Assembly (NCBI RefSeq): GCF_000025665.1
Contig: NC_013926.1
Location: 300,001 to 332,000 of the forward strand
From: Aciduliprofundum boonei T469
GTDB lineage: Archaea; Thermoplasmatota; Thermoplasmata; Thermoplasmatales; Aciduliprofundaceae
Direction: 5' to 3'
Length of the DNA stretch: 32,000 nucleotides
Shown here: positions 17,498 to 26,555 of the stretch, in pieces
Numbering within the stretch: the stretch's first letter is position 1
Layout: every line of letters begins with the position of its first letter
Made by a program: the position numbers and the translations under genes
The notes under the pieces: model-generated
Database searches by the model: none
What the model was told of the DNA's origin: nothing
Seen by the model: only the letters and a program-made list of their open reading frames with translations

Positions 17498-18211
17498 CTA
17501 AATAATTTTTGTATGATAGGCGCCCAAGGGTAATATTCCTTCCTTTTCGTCTATACCAAAAATTTTGAAATTGAACTTTTCTCTTCTTAAAATAGGAGAT
17601 ATGAACTCATTTCTGCTTATATCCGTGCCAGCTGCGTATAGGCTAACTGCAGGCAGAACTATGATTTGGGATGAATAGAGAAAACAGGGAATTTTAACCG
17701 TGGCATAAACTTCATCTCTAAGGGTAATTGAAGGATGCTCATGGGCCATTATTAAGAGCTTATCACTAGGAATCTCTACATCCTTGTGACCATGCGCAAA
17801 AATATACTTTCCAAGGGTATAGGCATTATGCATCTCGATACCTCTCCTTTTAAGTATTCCCTTCAAAAAATTATCGTGGTTGCCCCGAATAACAATTAAT
17901 TCTGCTCTATCTACAAAAAAATCTATTATGGACTCTATCTCATTCCACTCTTGAGGCATATTTCGGGAGAATTCGTGCTTTAAATCACCATCTATAATCA
18001 CCCTCTTGGGAGCATACTTATCGAAAATCTTGGTGAGCAAGTCAAAAATATAAGGATACTGCAACTTTGGAAGGAAAACCCCCTTTTGGGCCATAACATC
18101 CTCGTAGCCAAGATGAAAATCTGCCATCACTGCGGTCTCGTACTCTTCAAGATAGAGCATAAAATAGCGTGATAAAGTTATATCCCCCAAGTTTATCTCT
18201 TCCACAATCAA
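17498..18211 (-). CDS. Calcineurin-like metallophosphoesterase (SbcD/Mre11-related small phosphoesterase type)
   Basis: Motifs in order: ADFHLGYE, IDGDLKHEF, RGNHDN, AHGH, AHEHP. Start is uncertain: TTG 18211, GTG 18205 or ATG 18160. Confidence 0.8.
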   Translation of the reverse strand: MIVEEINLGDITLSRYFMLYLEEYETAVMADFHLGYEDVMAQKGVFLPKLQYPYIFDLLTKIFDKYAPKRVIIDGDLKHEFSRNMPQEWNEIESIIDFFVDRAELIVIRGNHDNFLKGILKRRGIEMHNAYTLGKYIFAHGHKDVEIPSDKLLIMAHEHPSITLRDEVYATVKIPCFLYSSQIIVLPAVSLYAAGTDISRNEFISPILRREKFNFKIFGIDEKEGILPLGAYHTKII

Positions 18212-18227
18212 AAATACATTTCTCTAT

Positions 18228-19040
18228 TTATCCCCTTTGCTTCTCTAAGAATTCAAGAATTTTAGCAAAAACATCGCCATGGTCCTCAATCATAATTGAA
18301 TGTCCATAGCCCTTAGCAAGGTAAAATTCCTTCTCTCCTCCAAGTGCATCGTAAACTCTCTTCTCATTCTCAGGCTTGACAACCTTATCCTTTTCAGGAG
18401 AGATTACCAAGCATGGCTTATTCACCTTCCTTGCCTTTGAAATTGTATCAAGAGACATAAGGGGCTTGTATGAGCCCATCCAGAGCTTATTATCCAAATA
18501 TCCCATCTCTCTCGCTTTTTTAGCATTTTCTGGATTTTCAAAAAGGGAATTATAATCAACCCTATATTTAATGTAAAAATCCTTGCCTGTAAGCTTTTCT
18601 TTTAACTTTCCAATTTGATAAATTAATGGGAGCATTATTCTCTCTCCCGCCTTCAATTCTTCCTTTATTGATGATGGAGGTGCTATCGCTACGCCCAAAT
18701 CTCCAATTCCCTCTGCAAGTGCGTAAATCACGGTGGCTGCTCCCAAACTATGTCCCAAGAGAATTAAGGGCTTCTTTAGCATACCATTCTTTTTGAGATA
18801 TTCTATCCACCTCTTTATATTCTCTATGTTTTTCTCCACACTTTCAAATCCTCTTTTTCCCCCGCTTCTCCCATGTCCCTCCAAATCAATTATCAAAACT
18901 GCATAACCCTCGTTGCTGAATTTTTCTGGATAATCGTAAAATTCTCCCATGGATGATAGGAGACCATGAACCATGATTATTGTGCCTTTAGAACCGGGGT
19001 AATATCTTCCATATAAGCCATCTACGATTATTTCTTGCAT
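18228..19040 (-). CDS. Alpha/beta hydrolase (lysophospholipase/monoacylglycerol-lipase-like serine hydrolase)
   Basis: Oxyanion-region VHGLLSS, nucleophile elbow GHSLGA, C-terminal GYGHS histidine. 270 aa. Confidence 0.8.
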   Translation of the reverse strand: MQEIIVDGLYGRYYPGSKGTIIMVHGLLSSMGEFYDYPEKFSNEGYAVLIIDLEGHGRSGGKRGFESVEKNIENIKRWIEYLKKNGMLKKPLILLGHSLGAATVIYALAEGIGDLGVAIAPPSSIKEELKAGERIMLPLIYQIGKLKEKLTGKDFYIKYRVDYNSLFENPENAKKAREMGYLDNKLWMGSYKPLMSLDTISKARKVNKPCLVISPEKDKVVKPENEKRVYDALGGEKEFYLAKGYGHSIMIEDHGDVFAKILEFLEKQRG

Positions 19041-19069
19041 AAACGATTATCAATTTTCTCATTTTAAAT

Positions 19070-19675
19070 TTATCGTATTATTTTAGCATCTAGCACCACG
19101 CAATCATTTTCTCTTGCAAGCACAGGGTTTAAGTCCATACCCTCCACATCAGCGTTCTCCTCAACAAATTTTGAAACTTTGAGAAGCAATTCAATTATAG
19201 CCTCCTTGCTTACCCTTACTCCCCTATACCCTTCCAGTATTTTTCTGCCCTTTATTTCATTAAGCATAAGCTCGGCATCCAAGCGGGATATTGGTATGAC
19301 CCTGAAAGTCACATCTTTGAAAACCTCCGTAAATATGCCACCGAGACCAAACATTATGGCATGCCCGAAAGTGGGGTCTTTTGTTACGCCAACAATTACT
19401 TCCAAACCTCCAGAGAGCATCTCCTCAACTAAAACGGGTGAGGAGAATTTTTCCATCAAAATTTTTACTTTTTCCTTTAATTCCTCTTTATTCTTTATGT
19501 TCAAAATAACTCCCCCAACATCGCTCTTGTGCAGTATTTTCTCGCTTGCAACCTTCGCTACTACAGGGTAATTCAAATCCAAATTATATATCTCTCTCAA
19601 ATCATTTATCAATGCTCCTTCTGGAACTTTTATTCCATAATCTTTCAGCAAGAGCTTTGCTTCATACTCATTCAT
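19070..19675 (-). CDS. acdB: ADP-forming acetyl/acyl-CoA synthetase, beta subunit (ATP-grasp)
   Basis: 201 aa. EYEAKLLLKDYGIKVP...YPVVAKV...HKSDVGGV...FGLGGIFTEVFKDVTFR...NPV. ATGA overlap with acdA at 19672-19675. Confidence 0.85.
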   Translation of the reverse strand: MNEYEAKLLLKDYGIKVPEGALINDLREIYNLDLNYPVVAKVASEKILHKSDVGGVILNIKNKEELKEKVKILMEKFSSPVLVEEMLSGGLEVIVGVTKDPTFGHAIMFGLGGIFTEVFKDVTFRVIPISRLDAELMLNEIKGRKILEGYRGVRVSKEAIIELLLKVSKFVEENADVEGMDLNPVLARENDCVVLDAKIIR

Positions 19676-21066
19676 TCCACTCCCTCCAGATATTCCAACA
19701 ATTTTGCCCTATATCTCAACACCCTCAGAGCTTTTACACTTCTCTCAATACTTGGATACACGGGAACCTTGTTATCCTCAAACTTGCGCATCATTCTCAA
19801 TGCGAACTCGCTTCCTATGGTGCCAACAACAATTGGCTTATCGCCTTCCCTATGCCATTTTGTAATTATATTTACCAGTTTTTCACTTATAAGAGGAGTC
19901 TGGAATAGTGCATAAACCAATATGGCATCAACATTAGGATCATCGTTTAATGCGGCGAGAACTCCATCGTAATCATCATCACTTGCCTGAGCAGTCATAT
20001 CTACAGGATTCTCTACAGAGGCAAAAGGCACCACCTCATCCCTTATTCTCCTCTTTATTTCATCGCTCAATTCTGCCATCTTCATCCCTATCCCTCGCAC
20101 CTCGCTCTCAATGTAATCCGTTGTAACAACTCCAACTCCCCCAGCAGATGTGACCACTGCTATCCTATCACCCTCTATTGGTTTTCCATATGCAAGGGCT
20201 CTAGCATAATCCACAAGCTCTATCTCATCATAGGCCCTTATAACCCCACATTGCTTGAAGGCCCCATCTGCCACGGCATCGCTTCCACCTAAAGCCCCCG
20301 TGTGCAAACTCGCCGCCTTTCCACCTCTCTTGGTTCTTCCTGCTTTGAGCACAACTATTGGCTTTTTCCTGCTCACATTCTTAGCTACTCGCATAAATTC
20401 TCTGCCATTGGCGAAGCTCTCAATATACATTATGATAACTTTGCTCTTTTCATCCTCTCCAAAATACTGGAGCAATTCATTTTCATTCACATCCACTCTA
20501 TTGCCCAAATTTATGAACGAGGAGAATCCAACATCGTACATAGAGACAGAATCCATAGTGAGCAATCCCAATGCTCCACTCTGAGTTATGAAAGCAATAT
20601 CTCCATCACCTGGAAATCTCGAGCGTTCAGGTACTACGAGAGCAGTGTTTACTCCCGTGCTGGGAATATAAATGCCAACGGTGTTTGGCCCTATAATCCT
20701 CGCATTGTACTTCTTTGCAATCTCCAAAATTTTTCTCTCTCTTTCTTTTCCCTCCTTTCCTGTCTCTCCAAATCCTCCTGCGATGGGGATTATGAACTTG
20801 GATTTTTTAGCAACATCCTCAAAGATCTTAACTGTAACTTCTGCAGGAAGGGTGATAACACTCAAATCAACTTCCTCGGGCACATCATTTATGGAAGGAT
20901 ACACCTTAAATCCGAGAATCTGGCCACCCTTTGGATTCACAGGATATATTCTTCCCCCGTAGCCATTATTTTTAAGGTTCTCAAGAACAACATAGCCTAT
21001 CTTGTTGGGATGTGATGATGCACCCACGACAGCAATACTATCTGGCGAGATAAGCTTATCAAACAT
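19672..21066 (-). CDS. acdA: ADP-forming acetyl/acyl-CoA synthetase, alpha subunit (CoA-binding / succinyl-CoA-synthetase-like)
   Basis: SIAVVGAS...YPVNPK...GPNTVG...ITQSGA...ASLHTGALGGS (phospho-histidine loop). 464 aa. Confidence 0.9.
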   Translation of the reverse strand: MFDKLISPDSIAVVGASSHPNKIGYVVLENLKNNGYGGRIYPVNPKGGQILGFKVYPSINDVPEEVDLSVITLPAEVTVKIFEDVAKKSKFIIPIAGGFGETGKEGKERERKILEIAKKYNARIIGPNTVGIYIPSTGVNTALVVPERSRFPGDGDIAFITQSGALGLLTMDSVSMYDVGFSSFINLGNRVDVNENELLQYFGEDEKSKVIIMYIESFANGREFMRVAKNVSRKKPIVVLKAGRTKRGGKAASLHTGALGGSDAVADGAFKQCGVIRAYDEIELVDYARALAYGKPIEGDRIAVVTSAGGVGVVTTDYIESEVRGIGMKMAELSDEIKRRIRDEVVPFASVENPVDMTAQASDDDYDGVLAALNDDPNVDAILVYALFQTPLISEKLVNIITKWHREGDKPIVVGTIGSEFALRMMRKFEDNKVPVYPSIERSVKALRVLRYRAKLLEYLEGVE

Positions 21067-21121
21067 AAAAGGGAAATAAAATAAAAAGTTAAATAAATTG
21101 CCTGAGATGTCTTAGCAAGAT

Positions 21122-23257
21122 TTAACTGCACTTATCCAGTGGCTTTGGTGTTACCTTCGTGGATTTTCCTGTTTTCAGGATTATCCTTGCATCCACTACA
21201 CTTAGGCCTTTCTCGTAAACTATAACTGGATTAGCATCCACTTCTTTTATAACATCTCTGAAATCCCAAACAAGCTGGGATAACCTGCTAACCGCTTCTG
21301 CTATTGCTTCAATGTCCTTGGGTTTCTCACCGCGTGCTCCCTTCAATATTCCATAGCCATTTATTTCCTTGACCATATCAAGTGCCTCATCCTTGCTGAA
21401 TGGTGCTATACGGAATGTTACATCCTTCAAAATTTCCACAAATATGCCACCGAGGCCGAACATAACAGTTGGTCCAAATTGAGAATCATTGATACTTCCA
21501 ATAATTGTCTCCGTACCCCATGGCTCCATATGCTGCACATAAACACCCATGATTTCCGCGTGAGGATCGTAGCGCTCTGCATTCTCTATAATCTCTTGGA
21601 AGGCCTTGCGCACTTCATCATCATTCTTTATATTCACCTTTACACCGCCTGCATCACTTTTATGCACTATATTTGGAGAGACTATTTTCATTACCACAGG
21701 ATACTCAACTGCACGGGCAATCTTAACGGCCTCCTCAGGATTCCGAGCCATCTTACCCTTTGGAATCGGCAATCCATAGGCGGCAAATACCTCCTTCGCT
21801 TCGGGCTCAGTGAGTAAGCTTCTTCCGCATGCCTTGGCCTTGCCTATTATTGCCTCCACTTTCTCCTTGTTAACCTTATAAGGTACAAATTCCTTTGATG
21901 CTTTTTCCAAGTATCTTCCATAGGTTCTGAGGGCTGCAAGGGCTCTAACGGCTGCATGTGGACTATTGTAGTAGGGTATTCCATTCTCTATGAGCCATTC
22001 TCCCGCTTTCACGCTTCTCTCTCCGCCCACTAAACTAACTGCAATGGGCTTATCCACACCACTATCCTTATAAGCCTTGTAAATTCCCTCAGCAATATTT
22101 TGAGGATCCGTGAAGGATGTTTCGCAATAAAGCACAACCACTCCATCAACCCAGTCATGCTTCAAAGCATCCCTTATTGAACCCTCGTATTCAGGCCTAT
22201 CGGCCATGCCAGTTAAATCCACAGGGTTTTTCGGATTTCCAAACTCTGGCATATGCTTAAACATGAGCAATTTTAGGTCATCTGGTGCATCCTTTATTGG
22301 CACTCCATACTTCTCAGCAGCATCTGTAGCTAGAACTCCTACGCCACCACCATTGGTTATTATGAGAAGATTATCTCCCCTCATTGGCTTCTGCAAGGCG
22401 AGAGCCATTGTCTCATCAAATAGAGCATCTAGATTTTCGGCCCACACAACATGACCCTGCTTGAATGCTGCCTCATATATCTTCGTGCTTCCAGCCAAAC
22501 TTCCTGTATGGGATGCTGCTGCAGCTGCACCACGCTTTGAAGTGCCTGCCTTAAGCGCAATTATTGGCTTCTTTGAATTCTTACAGGCGTTTAGGAATTT
22601 GCGTCCATCCTTCACACCTTCAATGTAGAGAGATATGACATTTGTGTCCTCATCCTTGTTGAAGTAATTGATTAGGTCTCCAAAATCCAAATCTGCCATG
22701 TTTCCAATACTTATCATATGTGAAATGCCAACTTTATCAACCCAAGTCCTTGCATCCATTGCTATTAGCAAAGCACCACTTTGGGATATCATTGCTGCCT
22801 TCCCAGGATATGGCAAGTATGGGCCAAAGGATGCATTCATATGAAGCGGGTTATTCATTATACCCACGACATTCGGACCGAGGATGCGCATCCCGTATTT
22901 GTGGGCAATATCCACAACCTCTCTCTCCAAATCCTCTCTGCCAACTTCGCTAAAGCCAGAAGCTATTATAACAAGGCCTTTAACTCCCTTCTTTCCACAT
23001 TCTTCCGTAACGGCAGGCACAAGCTTTGCAGGTACAACTATAAGGGCAATATCCACCTTATCAGGAATGTCCAAAACACTGTGATAGCATTTGAGCCCTG
23101 CAACTTCATCTGCCTTGGGATTTACAGGATAAATCTTGCCCTCATAGCCTGAGTCAATGAGATTCTTAACGCATTGATGTCCTATGGCCTTTGGATCACG
23201 ACTTGCTCCGACGATTGCTATACTTTTCGGCTTGAATATTGGATCTAAATTCTCCAT
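21122..23257 (-). CDS. ADP-forming acetyl/acyl-CoA synthetase, fused alpha-beta single-chain form
   Basis: 711 aa. The N-terminal ~460 aa is paralogous to acdA (SIAIVGAS, YPVNPK, GPNVVG, ASHTGSLAGS). The C-terminal ~220 aa is paralogous to acdB (EPEAKEVFAAYGLPIP, HKSDAGGV, FGLGGIFVEILKDVTFR). GGAGGT RBS 7 nt upstream of the ATG. Confidence 0.9.
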   Translation of the reverse strand: MENLDPIFKPKSIAIVGASRDPKAIGHQCVKNLIDSGYEGKIYPVNPKADEVAGLKCYHSVLDIPDKVDIALIVVPAKLVPAVTEECGKKGVKGLVIIASGFSEVGREDLEREVVDIAHKYGMRILGPNVVGIMNNPLHMNASFGPYLPYPGKAAMISQSGALLIAMDARTWVDKVGISHMISIGNMADLDFGDLINYFNKDEDTNVISLYIEGVKDGRKFLNACKNSKKPIIALKAGTSKRGAAAAASHTGSLAGSTKIYEAAFKQGHVVWAENLDALFDETMALALQKPMRGDNLLIITNGGGVGVLATDAAEKYGVPIKDAPDDLKLLMFKHMPEFGNPKNPVDLTGMADRPEYEGSIRDALKHDWVDGVVVLYCETSFTDPQNIAEGIYKAYKDSGVDKPIAVSLVGGERSVKAGEWLIENGIPYYNSPHAAVRALAALRTYGRYLEKASKEFVPYKVNKEKVEAIIGKAKACGRSLLTEPEAKEVFAAYGLPIPKGKMARNPEEAVKIARAVEYPVVMKIVSPNIVHKSDAGGVKVNIKNDDEVRKAFQEIIENAERYDPHAEIMGVYVQHMEPWGTETIIGSINDSQFGPTVMFGLGGIFVEILKDVTFRIAPFSKDEALDMVKEINGYGILKGARGEKPKDIEAIAEAVSRLSQLVWDFRDVIKEVDANPVIVYEKGLSVVDARIILKTGKSTKVTPKPLDKCS

Positions 23258-23395
23258 TTTGATTACCTCCTTGTTGGGGAGATGTCATTAACGCTTAATA
23301 AATTTAGCATTTCGTCCATTGCCTATCTTCATTTTTACTTCTATTTGGATGTTTGAGTTAAGTATAAATATGGCAAAATATTTCATTAACATAGA

Positions 23396-23560
23396 ATGGA
23401 GGAAAAAATAGTGCATTTGAGGCTTTCGGAGCATCCTGATCTCACCGTGGGCGAACTCTATGAGATCATGTCAGAGCTCGCCAAAAAATATCCAGATAGG
23501 GAGATTTTTTTTGATGGCGATGAGCAGGCGATATGTTCTAGACCAAAAAAGCCCCAGTAA
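23396..23560 (+). CDS. Small ORF (54 aa), hypothetical charged protein; below the ORF-track length cutoff
   Basis: Hand translation: MEEKIVHLRLSEHPDLTVGELYEIMSELAKKYPDREIFFDGDEQAICSRPKKPQ. ATG lies 26-33 nt downstream of the TATA-like TATAAATA. Codon texture resembles neighbouring genes. Homology not checked. Confidence 0.4.
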   Translation: MEEKIVHLRLSEHPDLTVGELYEIMSELAKKYPDREIFFDGDEQAICSRPKKPQ

Positions 23561-23735
23561 GTGGGAAAATTACTTCTCCTAAAATTTTCATAAAGTATGC
23601 GATTCCTCCTCCCACGATTATGAACAGAAGTATTATCAGTATAATCCATAGTGCTATCTTTAAAATCACCTTGAAAAGCAAAGCAAACACTATGAGCGCT
23701 AGAATCGCTATCAAGCAAACCCCTGCCGTAGACAT
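23538..23735 (-). CDS. Small two-TM membrane protein (65 aa from ATG 23735; the track ORF opens at TTG 23744)
   Basis: MSTAGVCLIAILALIVFALLF-KVILK-IALWIILIILLFIIVGGGIAYF: two clean hydrophobic helices. I prefer this frame to the overlapping 98-aa frame (23458-23754), which has no recognisable features. Confidence 0.45.
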   Translation of the reverse strand: MSTAGVCLIAILALIVFALLFKVILKIALWIILIILLFIIVGGGIAYFMKILGEVIFPLTGAFLV

Positions 23736-23821
23736 AAGTAGCAATAAGAATCATAGTACTTAATCTTATTCGTAAAATTTAATTCAAAAAGTTTTAATAA
23801 TAAATCCTATTTACATCGGTA

Positions 23822-24889
23822 ATGGATAATAACCCCGAGCATTCTAGAGATAGCCCTGAGAAATGGAAAATAATGTGGGATGTTCTTTTTAATTCTTCCC
23901 CAGAATCAATCATAATGCTCTCGGAGACACAAACGATTCTGGATGCAAATGATACCACCTTGCGGCTCTTAGGAAAGAAAAAAGATGAAATTGTGGGCAA
24001 GAAATGCTATGAAGTTTTTCATCAAACCTCAGAGCCTCCAGAGGGGTGCCCTTTCGTAGATATGAAGAAGAGGAAGTGGAAGCCCTGCGTGAATGAAATG
24101 GAATCTGTGATAGGGGATTTAATTGTTAGTGTTGTCCCCCTTGATATTCCGGGGGAAGAAAGGAAAATTCTCCATTTTGCAAGGGATGTTACATTAATAA
24201 ACCAACTCGCTCAAAGATTGATCTCCTCTTTGCAGCGCTACACTTCATTTCTCAATACACTTGTAAAATTGGATAGTTTGATGCTGAGAGAGAAAGATAT
24301 GAAAGCTCTTCTTGATAATTCTGCAAAAATCATATGCGAGAATGAGAATTTTGAAGCATCGTGGATACTGGTTAAGGAAGGAAGTGAAATTAAAACCCTC
24401 AGCAAGTACGGTGCAGATTGGAATTTTGAGGATAGATATCCTGATGATATTGAAGAAAAGGATGACTTATGGTGCAAAGAGTACAACGAAGGATTTTTCA
24501 TATTTATCCCTCTGAAAGTCGAGGATACACACATGGGGCTCATAGTTCTCCTTCGCAAGAGTTCTGAAGAGCTAAGCGAGGAGGATAAAAAAATATTGAG
24601 AATTATGGCCGATGACATAGCAATAACAATTAAAAATAGAAGATTAGAGTTTAGCAAAAAGGTTGCATACAGAGAGTTAGAGAAGAACATTGAAGATTTT
24701 GCCACGCTTATTGATGGCATAAGGAATCCTCTGGCGGTAATTATGGGAATTGCAGAGATGATAATTGAGGAAGAAGATGCAAAAAGAAAGATAATTGAGC
24801 AAATTGAGAAAATAGAGGAGATAACATACAAGATTGATAAAAGATGGGAGAAGAGCGAGAATCTGCGAAGATTTTTAAAAGAAGAATAG
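23822..24889 (+). CDS. PAS + GAF-like sensor protein ending in a DHp/HisKA-like helical region; no phospho-acceptor His and no ATPase domain
   Basis: PAS: WDVLFNSSPESIIMLSETQTILDANDTTLRLLGKKKDEIVGKKCYEVFH...EGCPF. Middle GAF-like block ...GFFIFIPLKVEDTHMGLIVLL.... C-terminus ATLIDGIRNPLAVIMGIAEMI resembles the H-box (SHELRTPL), but Gly occupies the His position. The ORF ends after a coiled helix. Confidence 0.75.
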   Translation: MDNNPEHSRDSPEKWKIMWDVLFNSSPESIIMLSETQTILDANDTTLRLLGKKKDEIVGKKCYEVFHQTSEPPEGCPFVDMKKRKWKPCVNEMESVIGDLIVSVVPLDIPGEERKILHFARDVTLINQLAQRLISSLQRYTSFLNTLVKLDSLMLREKDMKALLDNSAKIICENENFEASWILVKEGSEIKTLSKYGADWNFEDRYPDDIEEKDDLWCKEYNEGFFIFIPLKVEDTHMGLIVLLRKSSEELSEEDKKILRIMADDIAITIKNRRLEFSKKVAYRELEKNIEDFATLIDGIRNPLAVIMGIAEMIIEEEDAKRKIIEQIEKIEEITYKIDKRWEKSENLRRFLKEE

Positions 24890-24925
24890 AAAGTTTTAAT
24901 CGCAATTATCCCTTTATCTATATCT

Positions 24926-25369
24926 ATGAAAAAGGTGAGGGATATTAGAAATTTAATAACCCCCAATGCTTCTGTGGTTTATGAAAATGCCTCCCTTTCT
25001 AAAATTGCTGAAGAGATGATAAAGGACCCAAAAACCACCGCTGTTTATGTGATCGATGAGAATAAAAAACTCAAAGGCGTAATACCCCTGGATGAGCTTA
25101 TTCAATACATATACTATGAGTACATCCCACAGGATTACATCATGTACCACTTCCCATTAGTTCTAAGCAACGATGCAACTGCCCAAGATATTATGCTTCC
25201 CCCAGTTTATGTAAAGGATACGGATACCATAACGGATGCTTTCAAAAAGATGTTCAAAAATCGTATGAAAGAAGTGCCTGTGGTCGATGAGGATATGCAT
25301 GTTATTGGAGATTTAAATATGCTAGAGCTTATAATGGCCTGGCTAAGCAGTGTTAAAAATGCTGATTGA
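24926..25369 (+). CDS. CBS-domain pair protein
   Basis: 147 aa with two CBS-like units (VYENASLSKIAEEM...AVYVIDENKKLKGVIPLDELI and VKDTDTITDAFKKM...VPVVDEDMHVIGDLNMLELI). Confidence 0.85.
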   Translation: MKKVRDIRNLITPNASVVYENASLSKIAEEMIKDPKTTAVYVIDENKKLKGVIPLDELIQYIYYEYIPQDYIMYHFPLVLSNDATAQDIMLPPVYVKDTDTITDAFKKMFKNRMKEVPVVDEDMHVIGDLNMLELIMAWLSSVKNAD

Positions 25370-26555
25370 ACTTGCCCTGGCTCTAATACTCGCAAAACTA
25401 GTTGATGAGTTATTTATAAGAAAAAATCAACCTCCTGTTATTGGGGAAATAGTGATTGGCATTTTGTTTGCAGGAATAGCCTTCCTTTTGCCAGAGAGCA
25501 TAATAGTCGGAGATCATTCGTTCCCTGTAACATTCGATATAAAACATCCTGCATTCGATTTTTTCGCAGAGACGGGAATTTTGCTTCTTCTATTTCTTTC
25601 TGGTATGGAGACAAATTTAAATCAATTAAAAAAATCAAGCAAGGCAGGATTGCTAACAGGTACATTTGGCGTTCTTGTGACTTTTTTATTCGTTTTCTTA
25701 TTTCTCTTCTTCCCCATGCATTTTGGGCTTCAACAATCCATAGTTGTGGCAACAATATTCACAGCAACAAGTGTTGGTGTGACGGTAAGAACCCTTATGG
25801 AATTGGGATTGTTAAACACTAGAGTTGGAAATACAATTCTAACCGCAGCTGTGGCCGATGATATATTTGGCATAATACTAATCACTGTTTTATTAAGCAC
25901 AGGGGACCTTCTAGCCCTAGCCATAGGCCTATTTATTTTCTTCTTGGGAATTTACATTGTCTATAAATTTGACCTGATGGAAAAAGTGCTGGAAATTACA
26001 GATAAGAACCTGCACGCCCAATATTCTATAATCTCAATATCCCTTGGACTTATGTTTCTATTTGCTTACTTCGCTGATCTTGCAAATATTGCCACCATTA
26101 CAGGGGCCTTCTTCGTAGGTCTTTTTATAGGCCAATCGAGAACTGTGAGAAAAATAATAGGGCCCTTAAAGATGATTGGCTATGCCTTATTTATTCCCAT
26201 CTTCTTTGTAAAAGTTGGCACTCTTGTAGATTTTCAACACCTAGGATACTTTAATCTATGGCTCTTGGCAATAATACCCATTGTCTTCGCAGGAAAGATT
26301 TTTGGATGCTTTTTAGGATCAAAAATAGGGGGACTTCAAATCAAAGAAAGCTTTGTGGTTGGAGTAGGCATGGTTCCAGAAATGGAAGTCGCTCTAATAA
26401 TTGCAACTTTGGTTTACGCGAGTGGGATATTCCTAGAAACAATAGGTGTGCAAATAATAACTACCACTATCCTTTATGTGATTATTTCATCCATAGCCGT
26501 ACCTCTCATTCTGAAATTTCTCTATGGGGGTAAAAAATATGGAAGTGTTGCCTGA
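25359..26555 (+). CDS. Cation:proton antiporter (CPA2/Kef-type Na+ or K+/H+ exchanger membrane domain)
   Basis: About 12 TM helices. N-terminal LALALILAKLVDELFIRKNQPPVIGEIVIGILFAG is typical of Kef/CPA2. ATG 25359 overlaps the CBS gene by 11 nt. The track ORF opens at GTG 25350. No C-terminal KTN/TrkA domain. Confidence 0.85.
   Translation: MLIELALALILAKLVDELFIRKNQPPVIGEIVIGILFAGIAFLLPESIIVGDHSFPVTFDIKHPAFDFFAETGILLLLFLSGMETNLNQLKKSSKAGLLTGTFGVLVTFLFVFLFLFFPMHFGLQQSIVVATIFTATSVGVTVRTLMELGLLNTRVGNTILTAAVADDIFGIILITVLLSTGDLLALAIGLFIFFLGIYIVYKFDLMEKVLEITDKNLHAQYSIISISLGLMFLFAYFADLANIATITGAFFVGLFIGQSRTVRKIIGPLKMIGYALFIPIFFVKVGTLVDFQHLGYFNLWLLAIIPIVFAGKIFGCFLGSKIGGLQIKESFVVGVGMVPEMEVALIIATLVYASGIFLETIGVQIITTTILYVIISSIAVPLILKFLYGGKKYGSVA

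Noticed and set aside
20302-21015. 237-aa ORF (plus several 96-130-aa ORFs between 19179 and 20962) antisense to acdA/acdB
   Set aside because: The opposite strand encodes unmistakable ACD alpha/beta sequences. The antisense products are low-complexity with no motifs. They are artefacts of purine-loaded coding strands.
23458-23754. 98-aa minus-strand ORF overlapping both small genes
   Set aside because: It has no hydrophobic or motif structure. The alternative minus frame gives a clean two-TM protein, and the plus frame gives a plausible charged small protein with a properly spaced TATA box.
24238-24966. 242-aa ORF antisense to the PAS sensor gene
   Set aside because: It translates to low-complexity Ser/Phe/Leu/Ile. 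That is the mirror image of the Glu/Lys-rich, purine-rich sense strand (GAA/AAG/GAG read backwards). It has no start context and no recognisable motifs, whereas the sense frame has clear PAS/GAF features.
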